Shown: piece by piece, positions 13,466 through 26,139 of the stretch
Position numbering within the stretch: position 1 is the stretch's first letter
How the letters are laid out: every line of letters starts with the position of its first letter
Origin: Rhynchobatus australiae
Taxonomy: Eukaryota
Assembly: GCA_034780895.1 (NCBI GenBank)
Contig: JAUZTB010000017.1
Location: 22,363,590-22,427,589, forward strand
Length of the DNA stretch: 64,000 bases
Direction: 5' to 3'
Made by a program: the position numbers and the translations under genes
The notes under the pieces: generated by a model
The model's input: only the letters and a program-made list of their open reading frames with translations
What the model was told of the DNA's origin: nothing
Database searches by the model: none

Positions 13466-15879
13466 CATCATCCTCAACTGTCAATTGCCATACAAAGCAG
13501 GTTTCAGCTCACATCAACATAAATCGGAGCTCAAAACTCTACATAATGACTGTCTGAGGAACACTCTCAGGAGAACCAAGACTGTGCTGCACTATAGTCT
13601 TGCTTTGCTCAGGATTTAAAGGGAAAATCTGCAACCATGGGAACACTTCAAAAGGTAACTCCAGAACTCACAAGAGACTGCTCATACATATTCTAAAGTG
13701 CTCAGTCTGTGCTCAAATCCAATGCCAGCTGGTTTTTTTTGGAACATGCAACTTATAAGAAAATAATATTATGTTCAGTTTTATAATTATCCTGCAGATA
13801 GTGTCTGGCTCCATGCGGCAGGCGATTCTGGGAGGGGAGTTGCTTGAGGGAGAAGGTACAGAAATCCAAAACACCAAGGGCCCTCTGCTTAGCAGCTTCT
13901 CTTGCCCCTCTTGGCAGCCTTTATTCCTCTGGTGTTTGGCTACCATGGGGACTATGCCTTTAAGAATTCATGATCTTTCCAGAGTGCTGCTCAGCAAAGT
14001 GGCAAAAGCTGTGTTACGGTAACACTGCTCCCATTGGGACCTGCATAGATTGTGATTCACACATTGTTTCAGGTTGAAACTATGCTAACGCAGCTGCACA
14101 CTTGTTTTTTAACCAATACTGTGCTCTTCTGGGGTGGGGGAACCAATTTGCCATTGCACACAATGATACACCAAAAAAAGTTCAATGGCAAATGTATTTG
14201 CACTGTGTGTAACTCATTGACTACTGATGTGTAGCCTAAGGAACTAAATAAATAAGTCAATGTGCAATGGTGTTGACATAAGCTTTTATCAGTCATTCAA
14301 AAACAATGAAATTCTTTATGAATTTGTAATTCTAAAATTCATTCTGTCTTAATTGAGTTTTCTCAGGCTAAGGAAAATACCTCTTGGATCCACGGCCCAC
14401 ACTGGGACTGATTTCTAAATTTAATAATCTTTTATTTTTCTTACTTCCGTTGAACATATTTTGTTTTAAAATAACAGCATGAAAATTGCTCATTTACCCA
14501 AGGTAATATAAGACAACATTTAACCTCCAGAATCTCAGAAGGGTTTAATAACATCTGCACCCATATTACATCAATCCATTTTCTTCATCCATCCATACCC
14601 CTTAACAGTACAGTCATTCCAGATGAACTATTTGCTGACCTCTTACAAATGGCAGTACAAACCATTGATTACGAACTTCATCAAACTAGCTAAATCCATA
14701 AGTCTCACAGAATCAAAGAAATATTGTGATAGTGCACATTTCATATTGAATGTTTTAAGTATTTACTTACATGGCAGCAGTGTGAGTTTAGAAGTTGTAA
14801 CAGCAAAGTAAAGCAAGCCAAAGAAACGCAATGAAATATTCATGTTAAGTAATATAATGTACATGGGTGGGTGAATTTCTAGAGCACAACATGCAATAGG
14901 ATCACTGATATATGAGTTTGGATATATGGGAATGCTGTGTAATGTCTCAGAGAACATGTGTTGTTAATTCAGTGCTTAGTAAAGAAATGAATCGCATTTC
15001 AAAATACATTCCCCCATAAAATACAGTTCAACAGTGGTGTGTCATTTAGTCACATATAAACCCTTCCCCCAGAAAAAATAAGATTTTATTGTAATGTGTA
15101 GTTAGTACTTTGTAATTGGTGCAGCCTTCAAATTAGATTTTCAAAACTAGTCATGAGCAAAAATAAAGCCTGACCAGTTACATACTTCTCAGGCCATGCA
15201 TAATTGTGGTCTTTTCCACAAGTACAGAATGTTCCCCTGCTTTCCTCCCAACTCCTTCGAAGTAGTGCTCTGAAATTATGAAAATTACTCCTCAGCTTTT
15301 TATTCAATATGGAAACCATCAGGTAAATTACTTAAAAAGCTAGTGAGTGTTTGCAGAGATTTGCCAAGCTCCTTCTCCCTAACGAGCAGAGTAGACGAAC
15401 AGATACATGTTCGGCTGTTGAGGATTCAGTTTTCCGATATGAGCCAAGTCAGCTGTTACACATCAACCATGCCTACAGTTGGCACAGCAAAAGACGACCT
15501 GTCTCTCTGCAAATCGCTTCCCAATTAATGGGAGGGGAAATTCCAACTCTCTCACCATCTGACAAGAAATTGGATGGAACTGGAAGTGAAGCTGAGTAGC
15601 TTTTTAGTCTTTGGCCCCATGACCCTTGTAGCACTGAGCAGGTGAGGTGGACCTTTAAGTTAATTGAGGCATTCCTAATAGTCTGAAAAGAAAATAAACA
15701 CTTGTATTTACATAATGCTTTTACAGCTTGGATGTTCCAATGCACTTTTCAGGCAATGAAACACTTCTAAAGTTTTGAATGAGGTAATGCTTGCAGAGGA
15801 GCCAAAGGGCAAAATAAAGGTTTTCAAAGCTTATGGGATAAAGTAGTTGCAGAGACAAACACTCTCCAATAATCAAATA

Positions 15880-15982
15880 ACATGAGTCCAAATGATGGGT
15901 CTCGACCCAAAACGTCCATTGTCCATTTCCCTCCATAGATGCTGCCTGACCCGCTCAGTTCCTCCAGCACTTTGCACGTTGA
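15880..15982 (+). mobile_element. Penelope-like terminal repeat fragment with decayed hammerhead motif
   Basis: 'agtccaaatgatgggtctcgacccaaaacgtc...atagatgctgcctgacccgctcagttcctccagc', same family as 42058-42190. Confidence 0.7.
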
Positions 15983-16239
15983 ATTAAATAACGTGATTAA
16001 CCTGAAAAATTTGAACCTTTTTCCTCCTGCATGAACAACGCTTGATGCAATTATACTGGCATAATTGGTGTACAGTGTCTATTAAGGTGATATGATCTGA
16101 AAATCTCTATCGGCATTTGAGCACATCTGTCATTATTTCTGGTGGAAAATTGAATTCCCCAACAAAGCTAGCATAATGCTCCAACCACTTCACCAACCCC
16201 TGGAAAAACCTCTGGAACTGGGTGATGATATAAGATAAA

Positions 16240-16900
16240 AAATAACAAAATGCTGGAAATATTCAGCAGGCCAGTCAGCATTCATGAAAGAAAAAAAGCA
16301 GAGTTAAACATTTCAGGTAGATGTTCTTCTCTTGGAACTGAGAAAGAATAGAGATTAAACATGTTTTAAATTGTTGAGGGACAGAGAGAACAAAGGGAAT
16401 GCTTGTAATAAGGTGGAAATTGAGAGTGATTAAATGTCACAAGTGCTGGTGTGCAAGTTGATAGAGTTTAGTGAAGACTTGTTAATCACAATTGATCTAC
16501 CTGGAGGAGAGATGAATTGCCACTTCACCTGGAAGGAGTGTTTGAGTCCCTGGATGATGGAAAGGATAAAGGTAAAATGGCAGGTGATATATCTCCTGCA
16601 GTTGCTTGGGAAGGCACTCGAAGAAGGGGAGTACTTATGGAGGTGGATATTATTTTAATAATATTTTTATAATATTCTTTATTTCCATTTGGAATAATAT
16701 AAATGTTTAGCAAATATGTAAATGCTTGTGTTAGTGATTTATTGCCTGGTCCTTATGGAGATGGAAACATGAATTAGGGGGCAGTAGAAGGAATGGTCCC
16801 TACAGAATTCCGAAATTGGAGGAGAGGGGAAGAGGTGACATCACACTGAAGGTGATAGAAATTGGATAAGATCCATTAAATGCCCAACCCATCTACCTCC
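16240..16900 (-). mobile_element. Penelope-like element remnant (terminal repeat plus RT-EN linker)
   Basis: Minus frame AFPSNCRRYITCHFTFILSIIQGLKHSFQVK resembles the Cys-rich linker preceding the GIY-YIG domain; terminal-repeat motif 'tgctggaaatattcagcagg' near 16250. Confidence 0.65.
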
Positions 16901-17189
16901 ATGCACCAACATTGACTCATTTCTTACTTTATGTACCAAGCCACTTTAAGGGCATGTGACTAAATGTTTGGTCAAAAAATAAAGAGGTTAGACAGACAGA
17001 AAGGTTCAAGGAGGGAATTCCAGAACTTTGCTCAGCAGTTGAAGGCATGATTGGCAGAGGCAGTGTGGTAAAGCAGGTGGAGGTGGAGGATGAATAGAGG
17101 CAGAGTCACGGAAAGGCCTTGGTGAAACTGGAGAAGATGAGGGAATCAGTAGCACAGAATTCTGACTGCTAGTCCAGGCAAGAATGGAG

Positions 17190-17305
17190 TCTGTGTGCAC
17201 GCGTGTGTGTGTTGTGTGTGTGTGTGTGTGTGTGCGTGTGCATGGGCCTGTACATACATGTATATTGTGTAAATGTGCATGCACGTGTGTGTGTGTGTGT
17301 GTGTG
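17190..17305. repeat. Compound (TG)n microsatellite
   Basis: tgtgtg runs interrupted by tgcatg/tacata. Confidence 0.95.
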
Positions 17306-18727
17306 AGATTTATGCAGTAGAACCTGGTCTCCAATCATTCTGCACTTCCTTTCCAAGGTCACATGTTAACTGTAGTGCAATGGCGAACCAACCTAATGTT
17401 AAAAGAAATCACAAACAACACATAAACAGGACACAGATTATATAACGTGTCCATTTAGCTGTCCAGTTCAATTTACTGATGGAAGTTTGACAATAAACAG
17501 AGCCTGACAAAACATGACATCATTCCCAGTAATTTTCCCAAGAGAAACCCTTGAAAACCAATTATTTTGAAATGAATATCTGAAGAACTTGCATCACCCT
17601 TAACACCGATTTGTACAGGTTTTGTTTGCACTGCCAACTAAAAGGATCTGTGTCTTCTTGTAGAATATGCAAAACAGAGACTGTCGATATTCATAATATG
17701 TTTTTATCAACAAATATGATGGGATGTGAACTGATAAGTGAAACTTCAATCAAGTCCAAGTTTAGCAGACTTAATCAATTAAAAATCTTTTTAGGAAAAT
17801 CTGGTAACAGGAGACAAGAAGTGAAATCTATTCTATCAACTGGTAAATTTGGTAATTTTATAGAGCAAGTAGCTTTCAATGGCTGATAACTAATACTCAG
17901 TGCTGATGAACACGCTGATTAAGATAAAATAAGTATAACCATTTGATTTTTTGTGTGCTGTCTGAAAAACCACCAGTGTCTGAATTACTTGGAGCATCTG
18001 GCATTATCCATGAGGTAAACAAATGAGGGCAAGGATTCACTTGGCTGAGTGAAGAATGACTAACTGTCTTGACTTTGGCACACTGCACACTTCTGTGTAA
18101 AGTACAACCCTAGAAAGGGATATCATTGTATCCTCAGTTGGAAATGGACCTCACATTGATGTTAATTTTTTTGATTGATGTTGTTACCACACAAACTCTT
18201 CATTATCTTACCACTGAAAATTACACCAGCATAGGAATAAACATTGGTTATTTGTCAAATTATGAAAAATTCAAATCAAAAACTATTTGAGCCACACATA
18301 AAATCTGAGCTGGCTCACCAGCAAATTTCTAGATTCAAAGATTGATATTCTGTGATTAATTGTGCACAGAGCAGAACTCAACAATGTCTTACTGTCTTGC
18401 GGTAAACCTGTGTTTGTGTAATGAGATGATTTTGTATCATATTCATGTCACAAAATAAAAATACAGTTATACTTTGTGGCAGCATGTTTTTCATTACTGC
18501 CTCAGACTTCATTTAACAGTATGGTTGACAAAACTGGTATCAGAACCAAGGTAGAGGATATATATTTTACATCAAATCATAATGGCTTTGTAAGATGCTG
18601 AAGTTCCATATTTTGTCAATTTCAGCACAGCTAAAATATCAATATCAAAGAATAATAATTGGAAATTTCACAAGCCTGCCATTGTTACTTTGGAAACCTG
18701 TCTTTAAAACAGTATGTTGATTCCTAC

Positions 18728-18890
18728 AATAAAAAGAGAAAATGCTAGAAACAGTTTGCAGCTCAAGCAGCATCTGTGGAAAGAGAAACAGTTAATGCTT
18801 CAGATTGAAGACCCTCAGACGCTGCCTAGCCTGCTGAGTCTTTCTCAGATTTTCTAATTTATTTCAGATTTCCAGCATCTGCAGTTTTCA
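18728..18890. mobile_element. Short Penelope-terminal-repeat-derived fold-back element
   Basis: 'aaatgctagaaac...gcagcatctg' and '...cagacgctgcctagcctgctgag...tttccagcatctgcag' form imperfect inverted arms. Confidence 0.65.
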
Positions 18891-19884
18891 TTTTGATTTT
18901 TGTGCATTTGACTCCTACTCTTCCTGCAGAATTCTCTCCAAAACCTCAAAATTATCTTCCCTCTTTAAATTCACTCAATTGGTTAAGATTGATACATCTT
19001 AGGGTCGTGAGGTGATGAAGAGGTATTGGGTTAACATGGGAAGGTGGCATTGCCATAAAAGATCAGCCATGATCTTACTGCATGACAAAGCTGGAACACA
19101 ATGGAGGACCAAAGGACCAACCTCTCCTGCTTCTTGTGTTCTTTTCTGCAATCAAACTGTTAAACCAATGAGATTTGATAACTGTTGCCTGCCAGGGAGG
19201 CAAACGTGATGTAAGGTGTGAGATACATAAGGATTAACAAACCACGAATTATTCCTATGACTTAAAAATGCTCTGCCTTCAACAACTGTGCAGTTACTTA
19301 CACATTCCCAGTTTGATTTATGCAGCCTGATATTGAGCAAAAGAATCACTTTAAACATCACCATAATGAATGTCCTATTTTGGTCAATTGCTAGTTGTAA
19401 CATCACATGGTATTGCATCATCGAGGTGAGCACACTTAAATGTTAAACATACTTAGAAATGTCTCCATCTTAAATCTGCTGCATTTAGGCATGCAAGTTA
19501 TGATACAGGATTCCATCATAGCTTGACCCAAGCTAGTCAATGGTCGATGTCTCAACCTAAACATCAACCATCCCTTTGCCTCCACAGATGCTGCTTGAAC
19601 CTCTAAGTTCCTCCAACAGTTTGCTTTATGCATGCAAGCTGTGATCTCAACTAATGGGCCTACAATGGAGTCTATCTCAGTGCAGACTAGAGTTAAGCCA
19701 GGCAGCATTACCTCCTCTCCACCCCTCCCACCAACACCTTCTCAGTATTACACATCTCCAATAAATTTCTCACTGAAGTGGAGCTAACCTGAGGGACAGA
19801 TGAAAAACTGTTCACCCTTTGTGACCTCCATATCAGAACCAAATTCACTCCCAACCTCAATCATCCAGTTACACTACACAGAAA

Positions 19885-20940
19885 TAAAAAAAACAGAAAA
19901 GGCTGGATTTGCAGGTCAGCTACCATCTGTAGAGAGAGAAATATGGTTAACATTTCAGGTCTAAGACCCTTCATCAGAACTGGGAAAGAGAGAAAATGTC
20001 AGTTTTCAGCAGGACACTGGGAGGAGGGATGGGCAGAATCTCTGATGGGGTGGTTCCAAATGAGTTAATGCAGGCAGTTAAAGAGCATTAAGCGGATTTT
20101 TCTGGGACAGCAGACAAGACTATACTAATAGAAAGAGAACAAATAAGTTAAAATGATGACAGGCAAATGGTCAATTTTGATACACATGGAAACNNNNNNN
20201 NNNNNNNNNNNNNNNNNNNNNNNNNNNNNNNNNNNNNNNNNNNNNNNNNNNNNNNNNNNNNNNNNNNNNNNNNNNNNNNNNNNNNNNNNNNNNAGAGAAC
20301 AAATAAGTTAAATTGATGACAGGCAAATGGTCAATTTTGATACACATGGAAACGAAGTGAGTCATCTGAGAATTTGAAACTGAGTCCAGAAAGCTGCAAC
20401 ATGCCCAGATGTAAGATGAGGTGTTGTTCATCAAACCTGTGTGGGACCTTGTCGTAAAAGTGCAGGAGGCCACAGACAGAGAGGTCAAAGTGAGAGAAGG
20501 ATGGTGAAATTAAAGAGGTAGGTAAAAGGAGACTCAGAGTCACTCCTGCTGACTGAATGCAGGTGCTTCATTAAGGTACCATCCAATCTGTGTTTGGTTT
20601 CTCCACTGTAGAGATCACCATACTGTGAACACGGACTGCACTACCCTAGAATGGAAGAAGTGCACGTGAATTGCTGCTTCACCTGGAAAAACCGTTTGGA
20701 CCCATGGATGGTGGGAAGGGACGAGGTGAAAAGACGGGCATTGGATCTCCTACCCATCACCTCTCCATTCAGTGTTTCAAAGGGACAGTTTCCTTTACAA
20801 CTCCCTGCTCCACTCTTCTGCCCCACCAGCCACCCACTGCCTTAGGGCATTTCCCCAGGTAACCACAACCGATGCAACAAATCATATCAAATTTCCACCA
20901 CTTTCGGTGCTTTTTAGATTTTCAGCATTTGAAATTATTT
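19885..20940 (-). mobile_element. Penelope-like element: terminal repeat with hammerhead motif, GIY-YIG endonuclease remnant, and inverted 5' piece
   Basis: Minus ORFs PTIHGSKRFFQVKQQFTCTSS and FDLSVCGLLH...DEQHLILHLGMLQLSGLSFKFS (GIY-YIG region); CTGATGA...GAAA motif at 19945-19982(-); plus-strand linker piece at 20750-20880. Confidence 0.8.
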
Positions 20941-20999
20941 TGAGTTCCATTTATTGTACATTTTAAATGCTTGCTATTGCTCATGTTCAGAAGCCAAAC

Positions 21000-21849
21000 T
21001 CCAAGTTATCATTCACTTATTCACTGAAGCATACAAGAAAATAGGCCTTACACTAAATGTCCACAAACCAAAGATCCTTTACAAACCTTCCCCTGCATAA
21101 TTACATCCTCCAACAATAAAGGTCCATGAGAAAAACCTGGAAAATATGGACCAGTTCCCATATATTGAGAGCCATTTCAACGAGTGCAGTCATCATTTAT
21201 GAAATTCACCATCACTTTGATGTGCCAGCACAGGTTTTGGCTGTTTGAGGAAAGGTGTGATTGAAGATCAAGACTTCAAACATGGCCTACCAGGCAGCAA
21301 TGATTCCTGTCCTCGTGCACACTTCTGAGACAAAGACAACATAAAGGAGGTATCCCAAATCATTGAAAATGTGCCACTAATACTGCCTCCACATAATCCT
21401 TCCAATCCACTGGCAGTATAAGCAAACATCAGTGTCCTCTCCCAGGCCCAATACTCCCAGCACCAAACCACTAACTACAGATAGTCTATTCTAATGCGTG
21501 GGCCATGATTTTCACATACCTGACACTAGGCTTCTGAAATAGACAGTCCACCCCATCTGTCAAGGCAAAAGATTACCAGGTGGATAGAGGAAACAATATC
21601 CCTGAAGGCACCATGAAAAAATGTAACATCCTAGTGAACTTGTGGCATTCTCTGGCTCATGACTATTCAAAATGGAGGAGCATTGGGAATGGCACTGAGA
21701 ACTTCAAGTCCTTCTTCAGGATGAAGTAGAAACCCAGTGTAAATGGTGGAAGGAGTTCATCACCATCTAGCCTACCCAACCACCCTCCACTTCAAGCACT
21801 TCCTGCCACCCCTTGTAGCAGAGCCTTTGGGTCACACACTGTCCCCCTC
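21000..21849 (+). mobile_element. RTE-clade LINE 3' remnant
   Basis: Frames read LENMDQFPYIESH, CASTGFGCLRKGVIEDQDFK and GH..HIPDTRLLK (cf. RTE LENVDHFPYLGS, AFGRLRKRVF, WAGHV.RMPD.RLPK); ends in a zinc-finger-like region at the gap. Confidence 0.75.
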
Positions 21850-21949
21850 NNNNNNNNNNNNNNNNNNNNNNNNNNNNNNNNNNNNNNNNNNNNNNNNNNN
21901 NNNNNNNNNNNNNNNNNNNNNNNNNNNNNNNNNNNNNNNNNNNNNNNNN

Positions 21950-23220
21950 TTATTGCGATCTGTGCCGTATTCCAGACTCCATATCTTAATTGGGTGGGAA
22001 ATTGTGCTTGTGGAGGGTTTTGTTACATGTGGGTGTCAGCAAGGGTTAGCTGGAGTGTTGGCTATGTTTGTGTAACGTTACGTTTAGGGGAAGGAGCTAG
22101 GGGAGGTGGTGGTGAATTAGGGACCAGGTTGCAAGTGTTTGGGGGGAATGTGCATGAGTGTATGTGGGATCAGGAGTGCCTGCTGGCTGGTTTGTGAGAG
22201 GAAGCTGTCTGTGTTTAATAGGGTGGGAAATCCTGGGGAGGGTTTTGGGGTTAGAGGTTAGGGTTGAGGTTTTAGGGTTAGGGTTAGGGTTGTAGGGTTA
22301 GGGCTTTAGGGTTAGGGTTTTGCGGTTAGGGTTAAGGTTTTAGGGTTAAGGTTAGGGGTTAGGGTTTAGGGCTAGGGTTTTAGGGTTAGGGTTTTAGGGT
22401 TTGGGTTAGGTTGCGAATTAGTGGGCAGTGGGAGAATTATCCTTCTTGTGATCATTGATCTCGTTACTGGAGATTCAGTCACTCTGTACCCTGCCACTTT
22501 GATTGGCCCACTGCTTCATTCTCTTGGCTTTGTCTACTTGCCTTTATTGCGATCTGTGCCGTATTCCAGACTCCATATCTTAATTGGGTGGGAAATTGTG
22601 CTTGTGGAGGGTTTTGTTACGTGGGGGTGTTAGTAAGGGTTAGTTGGGGTGTTGGCTACGTTTGTGTAACATTAGGTTTAGGGGAAGGGGCTTGGGGAGG
22701 TTGTGGTGAATTAGGGGCCAGGTTGCAAGTGTTTGGGGGGAATGTGCATGAGTGTATTTGGGATCAGGAGTGCCTGTGGCTGGTTTGTGAGAGGAAGCTG
22801 TCTGTCTTTAATAGGGTGGGAAATCCTGGTGAGGATTTCGGGGTTAGGGTTTTGGGGTTAGAGGTTAGGGTTACGGTTTTAGGGTTAGGGTTTAGGTTTA
22901 GGGTTAGGGTTTTAGGGTTAGGGTTAGGGTTTTATGGTTAAGGGTTAGGGTTGTAGGGTTAGGGTTAGGGTTTTAAGGTTAGGGTTAGGTGTTAGGGTTA
23001 CCGATCAGGGTTCGGGGTTAGGGTTTTAGGATTAGGTTGTGAGTTAGCTGGCAAGGGGACTATGTGGGTGTGTTGCTTAGGGTTAGACAGGGGTGTGTGG
23101 GATCAGAAGGGGCGTTTTGTTGTCTTGGACTCTAACTTGTATGTGGGATTTGGGGGTGGTACATGTGAGTTGGGCTGTTGGGTGTGGCTGCTGTCTGGGT
23201 CAGCGATTTTAAACCTCTAG
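21950..23220 (+). repeat. 594-bp tandem unit with interstitial telomeric-type arrays (TTAGGG/TTTTAGGG)
   Basis: 'ttattgcgatctgtgccgtattccagactcc' occurs at 21950 and 22544; degenerate ttaggg arrays at about 22247-22412 and 22841-23037. Confidence 0.92.
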
Positions 23221-23734
23221 AAATTAACTTTAATTGAAGGATGATACTTCATCATGAGGTAAGCTTGAACGCAAATGCTTCCATTGAAAAATGGCCAAAA
23301 ATACAAAACATAACAGTAAACAAATAAAATACCAGAATACGTAATCACATCTCCCCAGAGAACAACATCCTCCCATGTGGTAGTACTTGTGTAGGGATCA
23401 CCACGTCCACAGAGCACTTGAGCAAATGCAAGCTGCACGTGCTGGTTTTATGACTTTCTGGCATGAAGAAATCTCCCAGGCTGTTGTGGGAGGGTCAATG
23501 ACCAGACATCAAACTTGCAAGCAGGGACTAAGCTTGCATTGTTATCTGTCAGCTGCTCTGGTGCTGACCTAATGCTCCATAATATAAAAAGGACAAGTTC
23601 CTTGGATATCTTTATTTGTTGAAGATGACTTTACACTGACTAAAAACTTTCAATGAACAGCACCCAAGGCAACATACATTAATCAATTTAGCAGGCAACC
23701 ATTGGGCACACACGGGTTATAGTGAGATACAGAG

Positions 23735-23968
23735 GAGACACAAGAAACTGCAGGTGCTGGAATCTGGAGGACAAATCAAACTGCTGGAGCAACTCAGGGG
23801 GCTCAAGTCAAGCAGCTGAGGGAGGGAAAGGAATTGTCAACGTTTCAGATTAAGACACTGCATCAGGACTGCAGCAGGGTCTCGACCCAAAACAATTCCT
23901 TACCCCCCCCACCCCTGACAGATGCTGCTCGACCTGCTGAGTTCCTCGAGCAGACTGTTTGTTGCTAC
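23735..23968. mobile_element. Penelope-terminal-repeat-derived fold-back element, both arms with decayed hammerhead motifs
   Basis: Left arm 'ctgcaggtgctggaatctgg...gtcaacgtttcag...tgcatcaggactg'; right arm 'agggtctcgacccaaaac...agatgctgctcgacctgctgagttcctcgagcag'. Confidence 0.75.
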
Positions 23969-23974
23969 AGTAGG

Positions 23975-24670
23975 ATACTGTTATACTTCTGCTGATGGTT
24001 CACAGCACCTTACGCATGCCCAGTTTTGAGCTGCTGGATTGGTTCTGGGTTTACCCCATTTGTCGCAATGATACTGGCGAGCAGCACAATCAATGGCATC
24101 CTTGGTGTTACAAGGTTTGGTCTCGACAGGAACAGTTTGATGGGAACTTTTACTGATGATATTGTGGACAGGCACATCTGCAACAAGTGGATTGGTGAGG
24201 ATGGAGTCAAGTAGGTTTATTCCTCATACTGGTTCACTCATCACCTGCTGCAGATCCATTCTGGCAGCTTTGACCTTCAGGACTTGACCGGCTCATTCAG
24301 TAGTGGTGCTACCAAGCCACTCAGGGTGAATGCTATTGAAGTGATGCACCAGGGGTATCTTCTGTGTTCTTGATATGGTGAATGCTTTTTCCAAGTGTTG
24401 CACTGGTTCATTGATCGAGGGAAGACAGTAAGTAGTCATCAGGATGTTCACTTACTCATTTTTGACCTGATACCATGAAACTTTGTGGTGAATGCAGTGA
24501 ATGTTTAGGATTCTCAGGGCTACTTCCTCCTGTCCAAATGCAATTGTACTGCCTCCACAGTGGGACAGGGCATACTCAAGGATTAGGATGAAAGGATCTA
24601 ACATACTTTCTATAAGAGATGATTATGTAAGTATGACAGCACCAGGTTTGCAGTGTGACTAGTCTAAAGG
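23975..24670 (-). mobile_element. CR1-group LINE, endonuclease/linker remnant
   Basis: ORF 23981-24175(-) VHNIISKSSHQTVPVETK...YHCDKWGKPRTNPAAQNW resembles the end of the APE domain (SDH motif) and the following linker. Confidence 0.65.
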
Positions 24671-26139
24671 CAATGCTGGGAGAGAAACATCATCTCATAT
24701 CAAAGCCTGTCAAGGTTTGTAACAAGCTTTAAATGTCTATAATATTCACAGATGTGTAAAAGAAATTAATATTAATTTAATATTTTTGATATTTTGAGAA
24801 ATAAATAATGAAATTAATGAAAACACAATAAGGCATGAAAAAATAATTTAAAATATTAAAACAGAGTAAAGTAAATTAAGTTTAAAAGCTTTTCAATTTT
24901 TTCCATTTATACTATAGGGCCAGAAAACTTTATTGAAGTGAATGGGAATTGATCGTACACCAGGACTTATGCTTGTTCCATTTAAGTCCATCTAGATTAG
25001 TACATGGAAAGGCGAGGTTAAGAGGGCTATGGGCCAAAAGTGGGCAGATGGGACTAGCCCTCGGGTAACACAGTCAGTATGGATGAGTTGGGCCAAAGGG
25101 CCTGTTTCCATGCTGTAAGACTCTATGACTCTAGTTACTTGTCTGGGAGTGGTTGAATGCTGGAATTGTGGGGCACAGTCAGCTCAAAATGGCCCATTAT
25201 AAACTTGGGAAAATGCAATGCTGTGTTACCATAATCCTTGTTAGTCTGCATTGGAATAGGTATTCATGACATGGATGAGAACATTGTAGTACCTGACATT
25301 ATTTTTTAAAAACTGACATTTACTGCAAAGGATGAAACAGACATTTGAAATTTATGAGACTCTAAGACATTTTTTCAAAGAAATGGGTGATATTTTTACA
25401 ACTGGTATTAATCCAAGGCTTCTTACTTCCATGCCAAAGTGTCTTCCCAATGATGAGTCATGACAGAGTTCTATTATTTGTCATAATCCTAATAGCCCTA
25501 TAAGCCTTGCTTGTACAAAGGGAAATAGTTTTATCATTATTGAAGGCAAGTGAAGGATAGCAGTAAATGTCTGTTTAAAAAGGGCTTATTAATATTAAAA
25601 TCTGAAATGAATGATAAAAATCCTAATCCATTTGCAGTTAAATTGCTAACAGCTGTTCAGGTTTAGACTCATTAAATACAGTTTTCATGATATCTGGATT
25701 CAGAGTTGAACAGGTAACAGGTTATCTATGTCACATCTGACAGTGCAGACTGTCACATTTATTTGATGCTGAAGTAGACTCAGTTAACTATTTTCATTCT
25801 CCACTGGAACATCAATCTCCATTTTTGTTTACCAGAGTTGGAAATTGTGTGCCGTTGACATCAAATGAAAATGGAATCTGGCTCAACTATGAGACCTTTT
25901 GCGGAACAATGTACTGACAATAATGACTGCCTTAAGTCATGTATGAAGCTGGTCCTCTTTAATGAGAGAAAACTTCTCAAGCTTGTTGAACCCTGTCAAA
26001 TTCTCCTCCTCTTTCCTTTTGAAGTCCTTGAAATGTGTTGCAACTGCCCAGATCCATGTCCATCTTACACGGAATTTCATGTTTGAAATAGTAAAATCAT
26101 ATTTCATCCTTGCCATTATACTGAAGCACTTTTAATCAA

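Noticed and set aside
20133-20354. About 60-bp direct repeat flanking a 100-N gap
   Set aside because: Near-identical copies on both sides of a gap are typical of unmerged contig overlap (assembly artefact)
22588-22941. 117-aa Gly/Val/Leu-rich ORF (and its 21994 copy)
   Set aside because: By-product of the G/T-skewed telomeric unit; the sister copy is frameshifted and the minus frames of the spacer contain stops
23200-23225. CTAG at the end of the telomeric block as a Helitron 3' terminus
   Set aside because: No clear subterminal hairpin and the next base is A rather than T; insufficient support
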